Positions 46,505 to 56,791 of a stretch of 64,000 bases of DNA are shown one piece after another. Positions within the stretch are counted from its first letter, which is position 1; each line of letters begins with the position of its first letter. The stretch lies in assembly GCA_963788625.1 (NCBI GenBank), contig CAWBHB010000001.1:1332512-1396511 (forward strand), given 5' to 3'. Made by a program: the position numbers and the translations under genes. The stretch comes from an uncultured Gemmatimonadales bacterium (GTDB lineage Bacteria > Gemmatimonadota > Gemmatimonadetes > Gemmatimonadales > GWC2-71-9). The notes below the pieces were generated by a model. It saw only the letters and a program-made list of their open reading frames with translations, did no database searches and was not told where the DNA came from.

Positions 46505-47112
46505 GGTGATGGAGAGTCGGCCGAGGGAACGAGCTTGGGCTGAGTCGGAGCCGGAGGCGGTCTGCCGCCCGGCGCGCTCACTCGGTCGCGCAGCGCCAGG
46601 AAATCGGTATCGGGCCCGTGTGCCACGGCGAGTGAGTGCACCTGGTCCCAGGCCTTGGGCACCTCGACCCCGAGTGCGACCAGATCGCTCAGCACTCCGA
46701 GGGGGACGGCGACCGACTGCTCGGGACGGAGTCGGCGCAGCTCGCTGATCATCGCCGGAGTAGCTCCGGCCTTGAGGCAGGCGGCGCCCGCAACGATGTC
46801 GGCCTCGGGAGCTCCCGGTCCGAGTGCGTTGCGGGCCTCTCCCAGTTGCCCCGACAGGGTGCGAACGGCGGCCACGATGCGCGCACCGTCGGCGCCCTTG
46901 CTCTGGCCTTCGAGCGCCTTCTGGATCAGCGGCTCGGTCGGAAGTCCAGTCTGGGCGGCGCTGTCTACCAGGCGCTGGACCTGGGTCGCGACGTCCGCAG
47001 GCAGACGAGTCTCAAGTCTGGAGTCTTGAGCCTGGAGCGATCCGAACCCGAGTACCGAGAGCACAAGGAGCCGCAACGAGGCGGAGAGCGATGATCGACG
47101 AAGGTCACCCAT
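46501..47112 (-). CDS. Secreted hypothetical protein
   Basis: 203 aa. Signal LRLLVLSVLGFGSLQAQD. Stop/start overlaps with both neighbours. No family recognised. Confidence 0.5.
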   Translation of the reverse strand: MGDLRRSSLSASLRLLVLSVLGFGSLQAQDSRLETRLPADVATQVQRLVDSAAQTGLPTEPLIQKALEGQSKGADGARIVAAVRTLSGQLGEARNALGPGAPEADIVAGAACLKAGATPAMISELRRLRPEQSVAVPLGVLSDLVALGVEVPKAWDQVHSLAVAHGPDTDFLALRDRVSAPGGRPPPAPTQPKLVPSADSPSP

Positions 47113-47636
47113 CAGTTCACCACCGTGATGACCGACGTCGGAGTCCCGAAATCATCGTCGCCGGCGGGAGGACGCCCGGGATCCGCCAGGTATCTCCGAT
47201 CGTCCACCACGAAGCTGTAGCGATAGCGACCGGGCCGGAGGGGCAGGGTGATGTCCCAGGTCCCGCCATGCCGGCGCAGGGGAGTGGCTCGAGGGTCCCA
47301 GTTGTTGAAGTCTCCCACGACAGCGACTCGGTTGAGACCGGCGGCTTCCAGGGTGAAGCGCACCGGTTGGCTCGCCGAGCCGATTGCTTCGGGGGAACCT
47401 ACCAGCCGTCGCGAGCCGAGCCAGGCCGCCAGAATGCTTCCGCCAACCAGGAGCAGCATGGCCGCCGCGCGTGCCATGAAGCGGAGCCGCTCTCGGGTGC
47501 GATGGGTCTTGAGATCCTGGTTGAGCGCGCCGATCACCCGATGCTCGACCGACAGCGACGGCACCGGGCCGTGCTTAAGCTCGGCCACAATCGCGGCGAC
47601 TACCGGATCGTCGATCCGCTCTTCGGAATCAGGCAT
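47112..47636 (-). CDS. Membrane-anchored putative anti-sigma factor with periplasmic CBM48-like domain
   Basis: ORF 47112-47684. ATG 47636 overlaps the sigma-factor stop (ATGCCTGA). One TM (AAAMLLLVGGSILAAWL). VAVVGDFNNWDPRATPLRRHGGTWDITLPLRPGRYRYSFVVDDRRYLADP matches the AMPK1_CBM pattern. The anti-sigma role is inferred from position only. Confidence 0.55.
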   Translation of the reverse strand: MPDSEERIDDPVVAAIVAELKHGPVPSLSVEHRVIGALNQDLKTHRTRERLRFMARAAAMLLLVGGSILAAWLGSRRLVGSPEAIGSASQPVRFTLEAAGLNRVAVVGDFNNWDPRATPLRRHGGTWDITLPLRPGRYRYSFVVDDRRYLADPGRPPAGDDDFGTPTSVITVVN

Positions 47637-48201
47637 AGTCTCGTGATCCTTCCCGCAGTCGACGGCGTAGCCGTTCGCAGGCACGAAGCACCCGCATGCG
47701 GAGGGCCGAAGCCGGTGTCCCGGTGAGCGACTCGATCTCCTGATAGGTGAAGTCTTCGACGTGTTTGAGCAAGAAGGCCTCGCGCTGGTCCGGGCTCAGC
47801 TCCTTGAGTGCCCGCTCGATTTCTTCGCGCCACTCACCCCGCTCCCATTCAGCCGCCGCCGCCGCCACCGCGAGCGCTGCATCGGCCGCGGCACCCCGGT
47901 CGATGAGATCAAGCTTTGCGAGGCGGCTCCGGCACCGATTGACCAGGATCCGGAAGATCCAGGTTCCTACCCGGGATGGTTCCTGGCAGCGGTCCAGCCC
48001 CCTGAATGCGCGCAGGAAGGTATCCTGTAATACTTCTTCTGCATCCTCGCGGTTGCCGAGCAGGAACCAGGCATATCGTTCCAGCCGCCGCCGGTGCCGC
48101 GCCATCAGCTCGGCATACGCGGCCTGGTCGCCGGTCAGGGCGCGTTGCACGAGGGCGGCATCGGTCTGGCTCACCTCTGAGAGACCCGATGACAGGTGCA
48201 T
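47629..48201 (-). CDS. ECF-type RNA polymerase sigma factor
   Basis: 190 aa. Region 2 EDAEEVLQDTFLRAFRGLDRC...WIFRILVNRCRS. Region 4 LSPDQREAFLLKHVEDFTYQEIESLTGTPASALRMRVLRACERLR. Confidence 0.85.
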   Translation of the reverse strand: MHLSSGLSEVSQTDAALVQRALTGDQAAYAELMARHRRRLERYAWFLLGNREDAEEVLQDTFLRAFRGLDRCQEPSRVGTWIFRILVNRCRSRLAKLDLIDRGAAADAALAVAAAAAEWERGEWREEIERALKELSPDQREAFLLKHVEDFTYQEIESLTGTPASALRMRVLRACERLRRRLREGSRDYA

Positions 48202-48348
48202 CTGTCACACCTCAGGTCCGGCGTGCCGGCGCGAGTTGAAACGGGTGACGGAAGAAGGGTGGGGCGGGTCTTGTTCTCAGGACCGCAGTTGAGCGCCCGC
48301 TCCTAGTCAGTGGACGGACAGACGGGCAGGAAAACCACAACGCCGTGA

Positions 48349-48954
48349 GTGAGAGGACTCCATGCAGAACCACCCCCTACGGGGCTGCTGCTCGTTACCC
48401 TGGCCCTGGCTGGCTGCAGCGACAAATCATCCCCAACCCTCGATCCCTCTGCCGGGCTGCACGGGGGGAACTCCTCAATCAGCGGTCAGGTGCACGGACT
48501 GACCTTTGGTCCTGACAGCACCGCGGTCACCGTGCCGAGCCGCGTCGTCGCGATCTTCGCGGGCCCAATCCCGCAGGATTCGCTTCCCTTCGGGCCTGAC
48601 GAACCCGCTGCCACTGGGCGTGGGCTGGCTTCATTGCACGACACGGTGGGGCCACCGCCGCCTCCTCCACCACCTCCACCTCCCAGCGACACCGTAGGGC
48701 CACCGCCTCCGCCACCACCACCGCCTCCTCCGGTCGAAGGCTGCGGACGTCCTCAGGACGACATCGTGGCCGATGTAATTACCGATGCCGAGGGACGGTT
48801 CTCAATCACAGGCCTCGAGTCCGCCCGGTATGACCTGCATGTGATTCCGCTGGATGCGGGGGCCTTCGGGGACAGCTGGTACTGCGGGGTGCACCTGCTG
48901 CCCGGTCAGACGGCCGACGTTCAACTCTACGTGCCCACGACGCAGCTGAACTAG
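48349..48954 (+). CDS. Lipoprotein with two poly-proline tracts and a carboxypeptidase-regulatory-like (CarboxypepD_reg) domain
   Basis: LLLVTLALAGCS lipobox. VGPPPPPPPPPPPSDTVGPPPPPPPPPPPVEG. DAEGRFSITGLESARYDLHVIP. Confidence 0.55.
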   Translation: MRGLHAEPPPTGLLLVTLALAGCSDKSSPTLDPSAGLHGGNSSISGQVHGLTFGPDSTAVTVPSRVVAIFAGPIPQDSLPFGPDEPAATGRGLASLHDTVGPPPPPPPPPPPSDTVGPPPPPPPPPPPVEGCGRPQDDIVADVITDAEGRFSITGLESARYDLHVIPLDAGAFGDSWYCGVHLLPGQTADVQLYVPTTQLN

Positions 48955-48957
48955 CCG

Positions 48958-49010
48958 TCGGGGAATCGGCCGTAAGCCGTAGGCCATAAGCTGTAGAGAG
49001 CTTACTGCAG
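48958..49010. repeat. Heptamer-word array (AGCCGTA-type), left copy
   Basis: tagccgtcggggaatcggccgtaagccgtaggccataagctgtagagagctta. It shares gccgtaagccgtaggc in direct orientation with 49291-49402. Confidence 0.65.
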
Positions 49011-49016
49011 GAAGCA

Positions 49017-49051
49017 AAGACACGAGGAGCCTACTCTGCTCCTCGTGTCTT
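49017..49051. terminator. Stem-loop between convergent genes (possible bidirectional terminator)
   Basis: aagacacgaggagc-ctactct-gctcctcgtgtctt, a 14-bp perfect stem. T-rich only on the plus side (tcgtgctttcc). Confidence 0.5.
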
Positions 49052-49082
49052 CGTGCTTTCCCGGGCGTGCAAAGACCGCGCT

Positions 49083-49268
49083 CTATTCCAGCGGGATTTC
49101 CGCGCTCTCGGCGTGCGCCTCGGTTCCATTGATCTTGAGGAGGGCCTGGACTCTCAGGGTCTTGCCCCCCTTCCCGGAACGTGCCGCGATTTCCATCTCG
49201 CGCTGGGAGGCGACTCCGAATTGCTTCAGAAACGTGCGGATGGCGAGGTTGACTGCGTTCTCTTCCAT
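49083..49268 (-). CDS. Small hypothetical protein (61 aa)
   Basis: MEENAVNLAIRTFLKQFGVASQREMEIAARSGKGGKTLRVQALLKINGTEAHAESAEIPLE. I recall similar small conserved proteins, but cannot name the family with confidence. Confidence 0.45.
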   Translation of the reverse strand: MEENAVNLAIRTFLKQFGVASQREMEIAARSGKGGKTLRVQALLKINGTEAHAESAEIPLE

Positions 49269-49290
49269 GGGGGCCTCCTGTGGTGCCGGC

Positions 49291-49402
49291 AGCCGTCAGC
49301 CGTCAGGCCGTTAGCTGTTAGCCGTTAGCTGTTAGCCGTAAGCCGTAGGCTGTGAGCGAGAGGCCAAGCTGGTGGGAGAGCTTAAGGCCTAAGGCTTATG
49401 GC
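49291..49402. repeat. Tandem heptamer array (AGCCGTC/TAGCTGT/TAGCCGT words), right copy
   Basis: agccgtcagccgtcaggccgttagctgttagccgttagctgttagccgtaagccgtaggctgtgag ... gagcttaaggcctaaggcttatggc. Confidence 0.75.
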
Positions 49403-49423
49403 TATCAATGTGCCAGCGGTGCC

Positions 49424-49990
49424 TTATTGTCGGCCCGTCAGCTCAATCCACCGCCCTTCGTAGCACAGCCTGACTTCCGACCCCTCCCCCTCCGTGATAT
49501 CCTCGATCCCCTGGCGATTGGTGTTGGGGGGCTTCACGCCACCGTAGCGGTCGTAGAGTCGCTGAATCCCCTCGCGGCTGGCTGGGGCGATGCGGCGGGT
49601 GTAGACGATTTGGTTTCCCGCTACCCGCTTGAGATACGCGCGGTCCTCCCGGACCTCGAGCTCCTCGGAGCAGGCCGATTCTCCTCCCCACACGATCACG
49701 ATCGCCGAGGCCTTGGCCCGAGAGCAGAGGGCGGCCCAATCGGTCTGCCCCGGTTTCACGAAGCTGCCGCGGATGATGTTGTGGGGGGCCGGGTCGCCGG
49801 TGGCCTGGGGGATGGTACAGTGCCTGGCCTGGAGCGCCGCGACCACGGCAGGAGGGACCTTGGTGAATGCCGCGGGGTCGAGCCGGGGGAGCTGCTGATC
49901 GGCTTGTGCCCAGCGATCTTGAGCTGAAGCATGGTTTGGTGCGATACTGCCTGCCAGCACTGCGCTCAGCACGAGCCTGGCCATGAGCAT
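49424..49990 (-). CDS. Secreted hypothetical protein
   Basis: 188 aa. Signal MLMARLVLSAVLAGSIAPNHASAQ. Four Cys. No family recognised. Confidence 0.5.
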   Translation of the reverse strand: MLMARLVLSAVLAGSIAPNHASAQDRWAQADQQLPRLDPAAFTKVPPAVVAALQARHCTIPQATGDPAPHNIIRGSFVKPGQTDWAALCSRAKASAIVIVWGGESACSEELEVREDRAYLKRVAGNQIVYTRRIAPASREGIQRLYDRYGGVKPPNTNRQGIEDITEGEGSEVRLCYEGRWIELTGRQ

Positions 49991-50054
49991 CGGGCAAACC
50001 TCCTGTTACCAATAACTTAGCCTCAGCCGTCCCCAAACTACAGGGCGATTATAT

Positions 50055-50084
50055 AGGAAAAGGCCGGCAAAAAGCCGGCCTCTT
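50055..50084 (-). terminator. Rho-independent terminator of htrA
   Basis: On the minus strand: GGCCGGC-TTTTT-GCCGGCC followed by TTTTCC, 30 nt downstream of the htrA stop. Confidence 0.75.
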
Positions 50085-50112
50085 CAGGGTCCATCCCGAA
50101 ACTGGTTTGGAT

Positions 50113-51675
50113 TTACGGACTGAGCTTGACTCGCTCGATGCGGGACTGACCCACCCGGGCGTTGAAGAGCTTCAGAGTGACGATCGAACCCTTCCCGGAC
50201 GCCTTGAGCGCGTCGCGCAGTTCGGCCTCGGTCTTCACCGGCTTGCCCTCGACCGACTGGATGATGTCGGGGCCCCCCTCGTCAGGAGGATACAGCGTCT
50301 CATAGGCCGGGCCATTGGGCTGGACGTCCAGCACCATCACACCCTTGGTGCTCGGGTCCAGATCGTACTCCTGGGCCACGGTCGGGGTCACGGTCTGCGC
50401 CGAAATTCCCAGCAGATCCACGGTGACGGCATTGCGCTCGGCTTCCGGTTGCTCGCTATCCTCACGTTCGGCGAGCGGAGTCTCCTCGCGCTGTTCCATC
50501 AGTTTGACGTTGAAGGTCTTCCGTACTCCACCCTTCCGGGCGACTTCGACCTTGACCACTTCGCCGGGCTTCTGGAAGCCAACCACCTGCTGCAGCTGCG
50601 CCACGTAATTCACCGGCTTGCCGTCGATCGCGATGATGACATCGCCCTGCTCGAGGCCGGCCTTCTCCGCCGGAGACGCCACGCTATCCGGGAAGCCGCG
50701 CACCAGGACGCCGCGAATCTCGTCGAGTCCGACGTACTCGGCGTCGGTTGGGCTCGCGTCTTCGACGAGGATACCCAGAGCCGCGCGGTGTACCTTGCCC
50801 GAGGTCACCAGCTGATTCATGACCACCCGCGCCAGGTTGATCGGGATCGCGAAGCCATATCCGGAGTAGAACCCGGTCTCACTGGCGATCGCCGAGTTGA
50901 TCCCGATGACCTCGCCCTTCACGTTGACCAGCGGCCCACCGGAATTGCCGGGGTTGATGGCGGCGTCGGTCTGAATGAAGTCGGCGATGGTGGACTGGCT
51001 GCGCTGGAGCCCCTGCAGCCTGCGTCCCTTGCCGCTGATGATGCCGGAGGTGACGGTGAAGGTGAACTGGTCTCCCAGCGGGTTACCGATCGCCAGCACC
51101 CACTCGCCGACCCGATCCTCATCGCTGTTCCCCAGTGCCGCCGCGGTGAGCCCCTTGGCCGGTACCTTGAGCACTGCCACGTCGGTGAGCGGATCGGTGC
51201 CGACCACCTTCGCTTCGAACTCACGCCGATCCACCAGGCGGACGGTTACCTTCTCGGCGCCTTCCACCACATGGTTGTTGGTCAGGATATAGCCGTCGGT
51301 CGAGACGATGAACCCGGATCCCGAGCCGCGCTCCACTTCAGGGCGCCGCGGCTGACGGGGGAAGAAGTGTTCAAAGCCGGGGGGCATCTGGGGTTGCTGC
51401 TGGCGGCGCGAGGCCGTCTCAGTCCGCTGACTGCGGATGAACACCACGCTGGGCCGCACCTGCTCGGCCACGGTGGCGAAAGCGTCACTTATCTCGCTCA
51501 GGGTGCGAGTCGCCGGAATTGAAGGCGCCTGCACCGGCGTGATGACGGAGCTACCGGTTTCCTGGGCGGTGGATCGATTGGGCAGATCCAGCAGACCGGC
51601 AAACAAAAGTCCCAGCGCGAAGGCCAGGATCACCAGTCCACCGAATTTGAGCCAGTTCAACGTGCGTACGGACAT
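50113..51675 (-). CDS. htrA: Periplasmic serine endoprotease DegP/HtrA with two PDZ domains
   Basis: ORF 50113-51705. ATG 51675 is preceded by GGGAGA. TM/signal MSVRTLNWLKFGGLVILAFALGLLFAG. Catalytic triad contexts TNNHVVEGA, DVAVLKV, GNSGGPLVN. Two PDZ-like segments. Confidence 0.85.
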   Translation of the reverse strand: MSVRTLNWLKFGGLVILAFALGLLFAGLLDLPNRSTAQETGSSVITPVQAPSIPATRTLSEISDAFATVAEQVRPSVVFIRSQRTETASRRQQQPQMPPGFEHFFPRQPRRPEVERGSGSGFIVSTDGYILTNNHVVEGAEKVTVRLVDRREFEAKVVGTDPLTDVAVLKVPAKGLTAAALGNSDEDRVGEWVLAIGNPLGDQFTFTVTSGIISGKGRRLQGLQRSQSTIADFIQTDAAINPGNSGGPLVNVKGEVIGINSAIASETGFYSGYGFAIPINLARVVMNQLVTSGKVHRAALGILVEDASPTDAEYVGLDEIRGVLVRGFPDSVASPAEKAGLEQGDVIIAIDGKPVNYVAQLQQVVGFQKPGEVVKVEVARKGGVRKTFNVKLMEQREETPLAEREDSEQPEAERNAVTVDLLGISAQTVTPTVAQEYDLDPSTKGVMVLDVQPNGPAYETLYPPDEGGPDIIQSVEGKPVKTEAELRDALKASGKGSIVTLKLFNARVGQSRIERVKLSP

Positions 51676-51772
51676 CGGTATCTCCCAAAGGGGCTCGCCA
51701 AACAATCTAGTCTACGTGGGATGCGCCGGCCGTGGTTTGCGTCGCATTCCGGGACAATTTCTCAAAAACTAA

Positions 51773-51820
51773 TAGCCGTTAGCCTCGGCCGGCGAACACC
51801 CGGCTGACAGCTAACGGCTA
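51773..51820. repeat. Hairpin of the AGCCGTTAGC word family downstream of dnaK
   Basis: tagccgttagc-ctcggccggcgaacacccggctgaca-gctaacggcta, followed by aaagctaacaggttaaagct. Confidence 0.65.
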
Positions 51821-51840
51821 AAAGCTAACAGGTTAAAGCT

Positions 51841-53754
51841 TTACGACTTCTTCGTGTCATCCACGATTTCGTAGTCCGCCTCGACCACGTCCTCCTTGCC
51901 CTGCGGGGGGGCTTCGGCCGCCGGACCGCCCGGGGCGGATTCCGAAGAAGCCTGGGCCGACTGATACAATGAAGCACCAGCCGCCGAGTAGGCCGAGTTG
52001 AGTTCGTCCAGCGCCTTCTTCACCAGATCCGCCTCACCGGTGCGAAGCGCTCCCTTCGCTCCTTCGACTGCGTTGTCCAGCCGGCTCTTCGCGTCAGCCG
52101 CCAGGCGGTCCGCCCACTCCTTGCTGTCCTTCTCGACCTTGTAGACCAGACCGTCGAGTTGGTTCCGCGCCTCGATCTCGTCGCGACGCTTCTTGTCCTC
52201 GCTGGAGTGTGCCTCGGCGGCCTTCACCATCTTGTCGATGTCGGTATCGCTCAGGCCGCTCGACGCCTCGATCCGGATCTTCTGCTCCTTCCCGGTCGTC
52301 TTGTCCTTGGCCGAGACGTGGAGAATGCCGTTGGCATCGATGTCGAAGGTGACCTCGACCTGGGGCATGCCGCGGGGTGCCGGTGGAATCCCGGTGAGCT
52401 GGAACTTGCCGATGGTCCGGTTGTCCACGGCCATCTGCCGCTCGCCCTGGAGCACGTGAATTTCCACCGTGGTCTGATTGTCTTCCGCGGTGGAGAACAC
52501 CTCCGACTTCTTGGTCGGGATGGTGGTGTTACGCTGGATGAGGACGGTAGTCACGCCGCCCAGAGTCTCGATGCCCAGCGAGAGCGGGGTCACGTCGAGC
52601 AGCAGCACGTCCTTCACCTCGCCGCCCAGTACGCCGCCCTGGATCGCGGCGCCAATGGCCACGACCTCGTCGGGGTTCACCGACTTGTTGGGCTCCTTCC
52701 CGAAGTAATCCTTCACGATCTGCTGGATCTTGGGAATCCGGGTCGATCCACCAACCAGGATCACCTCATCGATCTGCTTGGGATCGAGCCCCGCGTCCTT
52801 GAGCGCCTGCTGCATCGGGGGAATGGTCCGCTGCACCAGGTCATCCACCAGCGCCTCGAACTTGGCTCGGGTGAGCGAGTAGTTGAGATGCTTGGGCCCC
52901 GACTGGTCCGCCGTGATGAACGGAAGGTTCACGTCGGTCTGCTGGACCGTGGACAGCTCCATCTTGGCCTTCTCGGCGGCTTCCTTGAGCCGCTGGAGCG
53001 CCATGGCATCCTTGGACAGGTCGATCCCCTGGTCCTTCTTGAACTCGGCGACCAGCCAGTCGATCACCCGCTGGTCGAAGTCATCGCCGCCCAGGTGGGT
53101 GTCGCCATTGGTGCTCTTCACCTCGAACACGCCCTCGGCCAGCTCCAGCACCGAGATGTCGTAGGTGCCGCCGCCCAGGTCGTAGACCGCGATCTTCTCT
53201 TCCTTCTTCTTGTCCAGACCGTAGGCCAGGGCCGACGCGGTCGGCTCGTTGATGATCCGCACCACATCGAGGCCCGCGATCTTGCCGGCGTCCTTGGTGG
53301 CCTGCCGCTGCGCGTCGTTGAAGTAGGCCGGGACGGTGATGACCGCCTTCTCGACCTTGGTGCCGAGATAATCTTCGGCGGTCTGCTTCATTTTCTGGAG
53401 AATCATCGCGGAGATTTCGGGCGGCGTGTACTTCTTGCCGGCGATCTCAACTGCGGCGAGTCCATTAGGGCCGGGTACAATCCGGTAAGGCACCCGGCGC
53501 GCCTCTTCCTGGACCTCATCCACCCGGCGCCCCATGAACCGCTTGATGGAGAAAATGGTCTGCTTCGGATTGGTGACCGCCTGCCGCTTGGCTACCTGAC
53601 CAACCAGACGCTCGCCGTCCTTGGTGAACGCTACGACCGAGGGAGTGGTCCGCCCGCCTTCCGCGTTGGGAATTACGACGGGATCTCCACCTTCCATAAC
53701 AGCGACGACCGAGTTGGTCGTACCGAGGTCAATGCCAATGATCTTGGAGGCCAT
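51841..53754 (-). CDS. dnaK: Molecular chaperone DnaK (Hsp70)
   Basis: ORF 51841-53823. ATG 53754 gives the canonical [50 protein letters not shown] and a C-terminal EADYEIVDD-like tail. Confidence 0.95.
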   Translation of the reverse strand: MASKIIGIDLGTTNSVVAVMEGGDPVVIPNAEGGRTTPSVVAFTKDGERLVGQVAKRQAVTNPKQTIFSIKRFMGRRVDEVQEEARRVPYRIVPGPNGLAAVEIAGKKYTPPEISAMILQKMKQTAEDYLGTKVEKAVITVPAYFNDAQRQATKDAGKIAGLDVVRIINEPTASALAYGLDKKKEEKIAVYDLGGGTYDISVLELAEGVFEVKSTNGDTHLGGDDFDQRVIDWLVAEFKKDQGIDLSKDAMALQRLKEAAEKAKMELSTVQQTDVNLPFITADQSGPKHLNYSLTRAKFEALVDDLVQRTIPPMQQALKDAGLDPKQIDEVILVGGSTRIPKIQQIVKDYFGKEPNKSVNPDEVVAIGAAIQGGVLGGEVKDVLLLDVTPLSLGIETLGGVTTVLIQRNTTIPTKKSEVFSTAEDNQTTVEIHVLQGERQMAVDNRTIGKFQLTGIPPAPRGMPQVEVTFDIDANGILHVSAKDKTTGKEQKIRIEASSGLSDTDIDKMVKAAEAHSSEDKKRRDEIEARNQLDGLVYKVEKDSKEWADRLAADAKSRLDNAVEGAKGALRTGEADLVKKALDELNSAYSAAGASLYQSAQASSESAPGGPAAEAPPQGKEDVVEADYEIVDDTKKS

Positions 53755-53942
53755 GCTGCGTGCCCTTTCTGGTGAACGTGATACGCCGGCGGGGCCGATA
53801 CTGACGGGGCCGGCATCAATCATTGCCTGAAGGGCAAGGCATGTACCGGGGATTTACGCCGATTTGGCAGGAAATGGCAGGATTTTAAGGGCTTCTGGGG
53901 TCACTTCTGCACTTGTCGAGGTGCCAGACTGCCCCAACAAGA

Positions 53943-53967
53943 CAGCCCCGCCATTTGGGCGGGGCTG
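53943..53967 (-). terminator. Stem-loop downstream of the kinase gene 54103-56790
   Basis: cagccccgcc-attt-gggcggggctg. On the minus strand it is followed by tcttgttgg (a weak U-tract). Confidence 0.5.
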
Positions 53968-54102
53968 GGTCGTGTTCCTCAGGTCGAGCTTAGTTCCCGA
54001 ATATCTGGACTCCCACGCCTTCCCGAATGGGGTGCTCGGCGAGAGCGGCAAGACACTGCATCTCAATGACCCGGAAGCATCGACGATCGCCCATCGACTC
54101 GC

Positions 54103-56790
<2,688 letters not shown>

Positions 56791-56791
56791 C

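Noticed and set aside
53908-53926. Sigma54-like TGGCAC...TGCA motif (minus strand) upstream of dnaK.
   Set aside because: The GG-to-GC spacing is about 3 nt longer than the -24/-12 consensus allows. No convincing CIRCE or sigma32 consensus was found either, so no promoter is called for dnaK.
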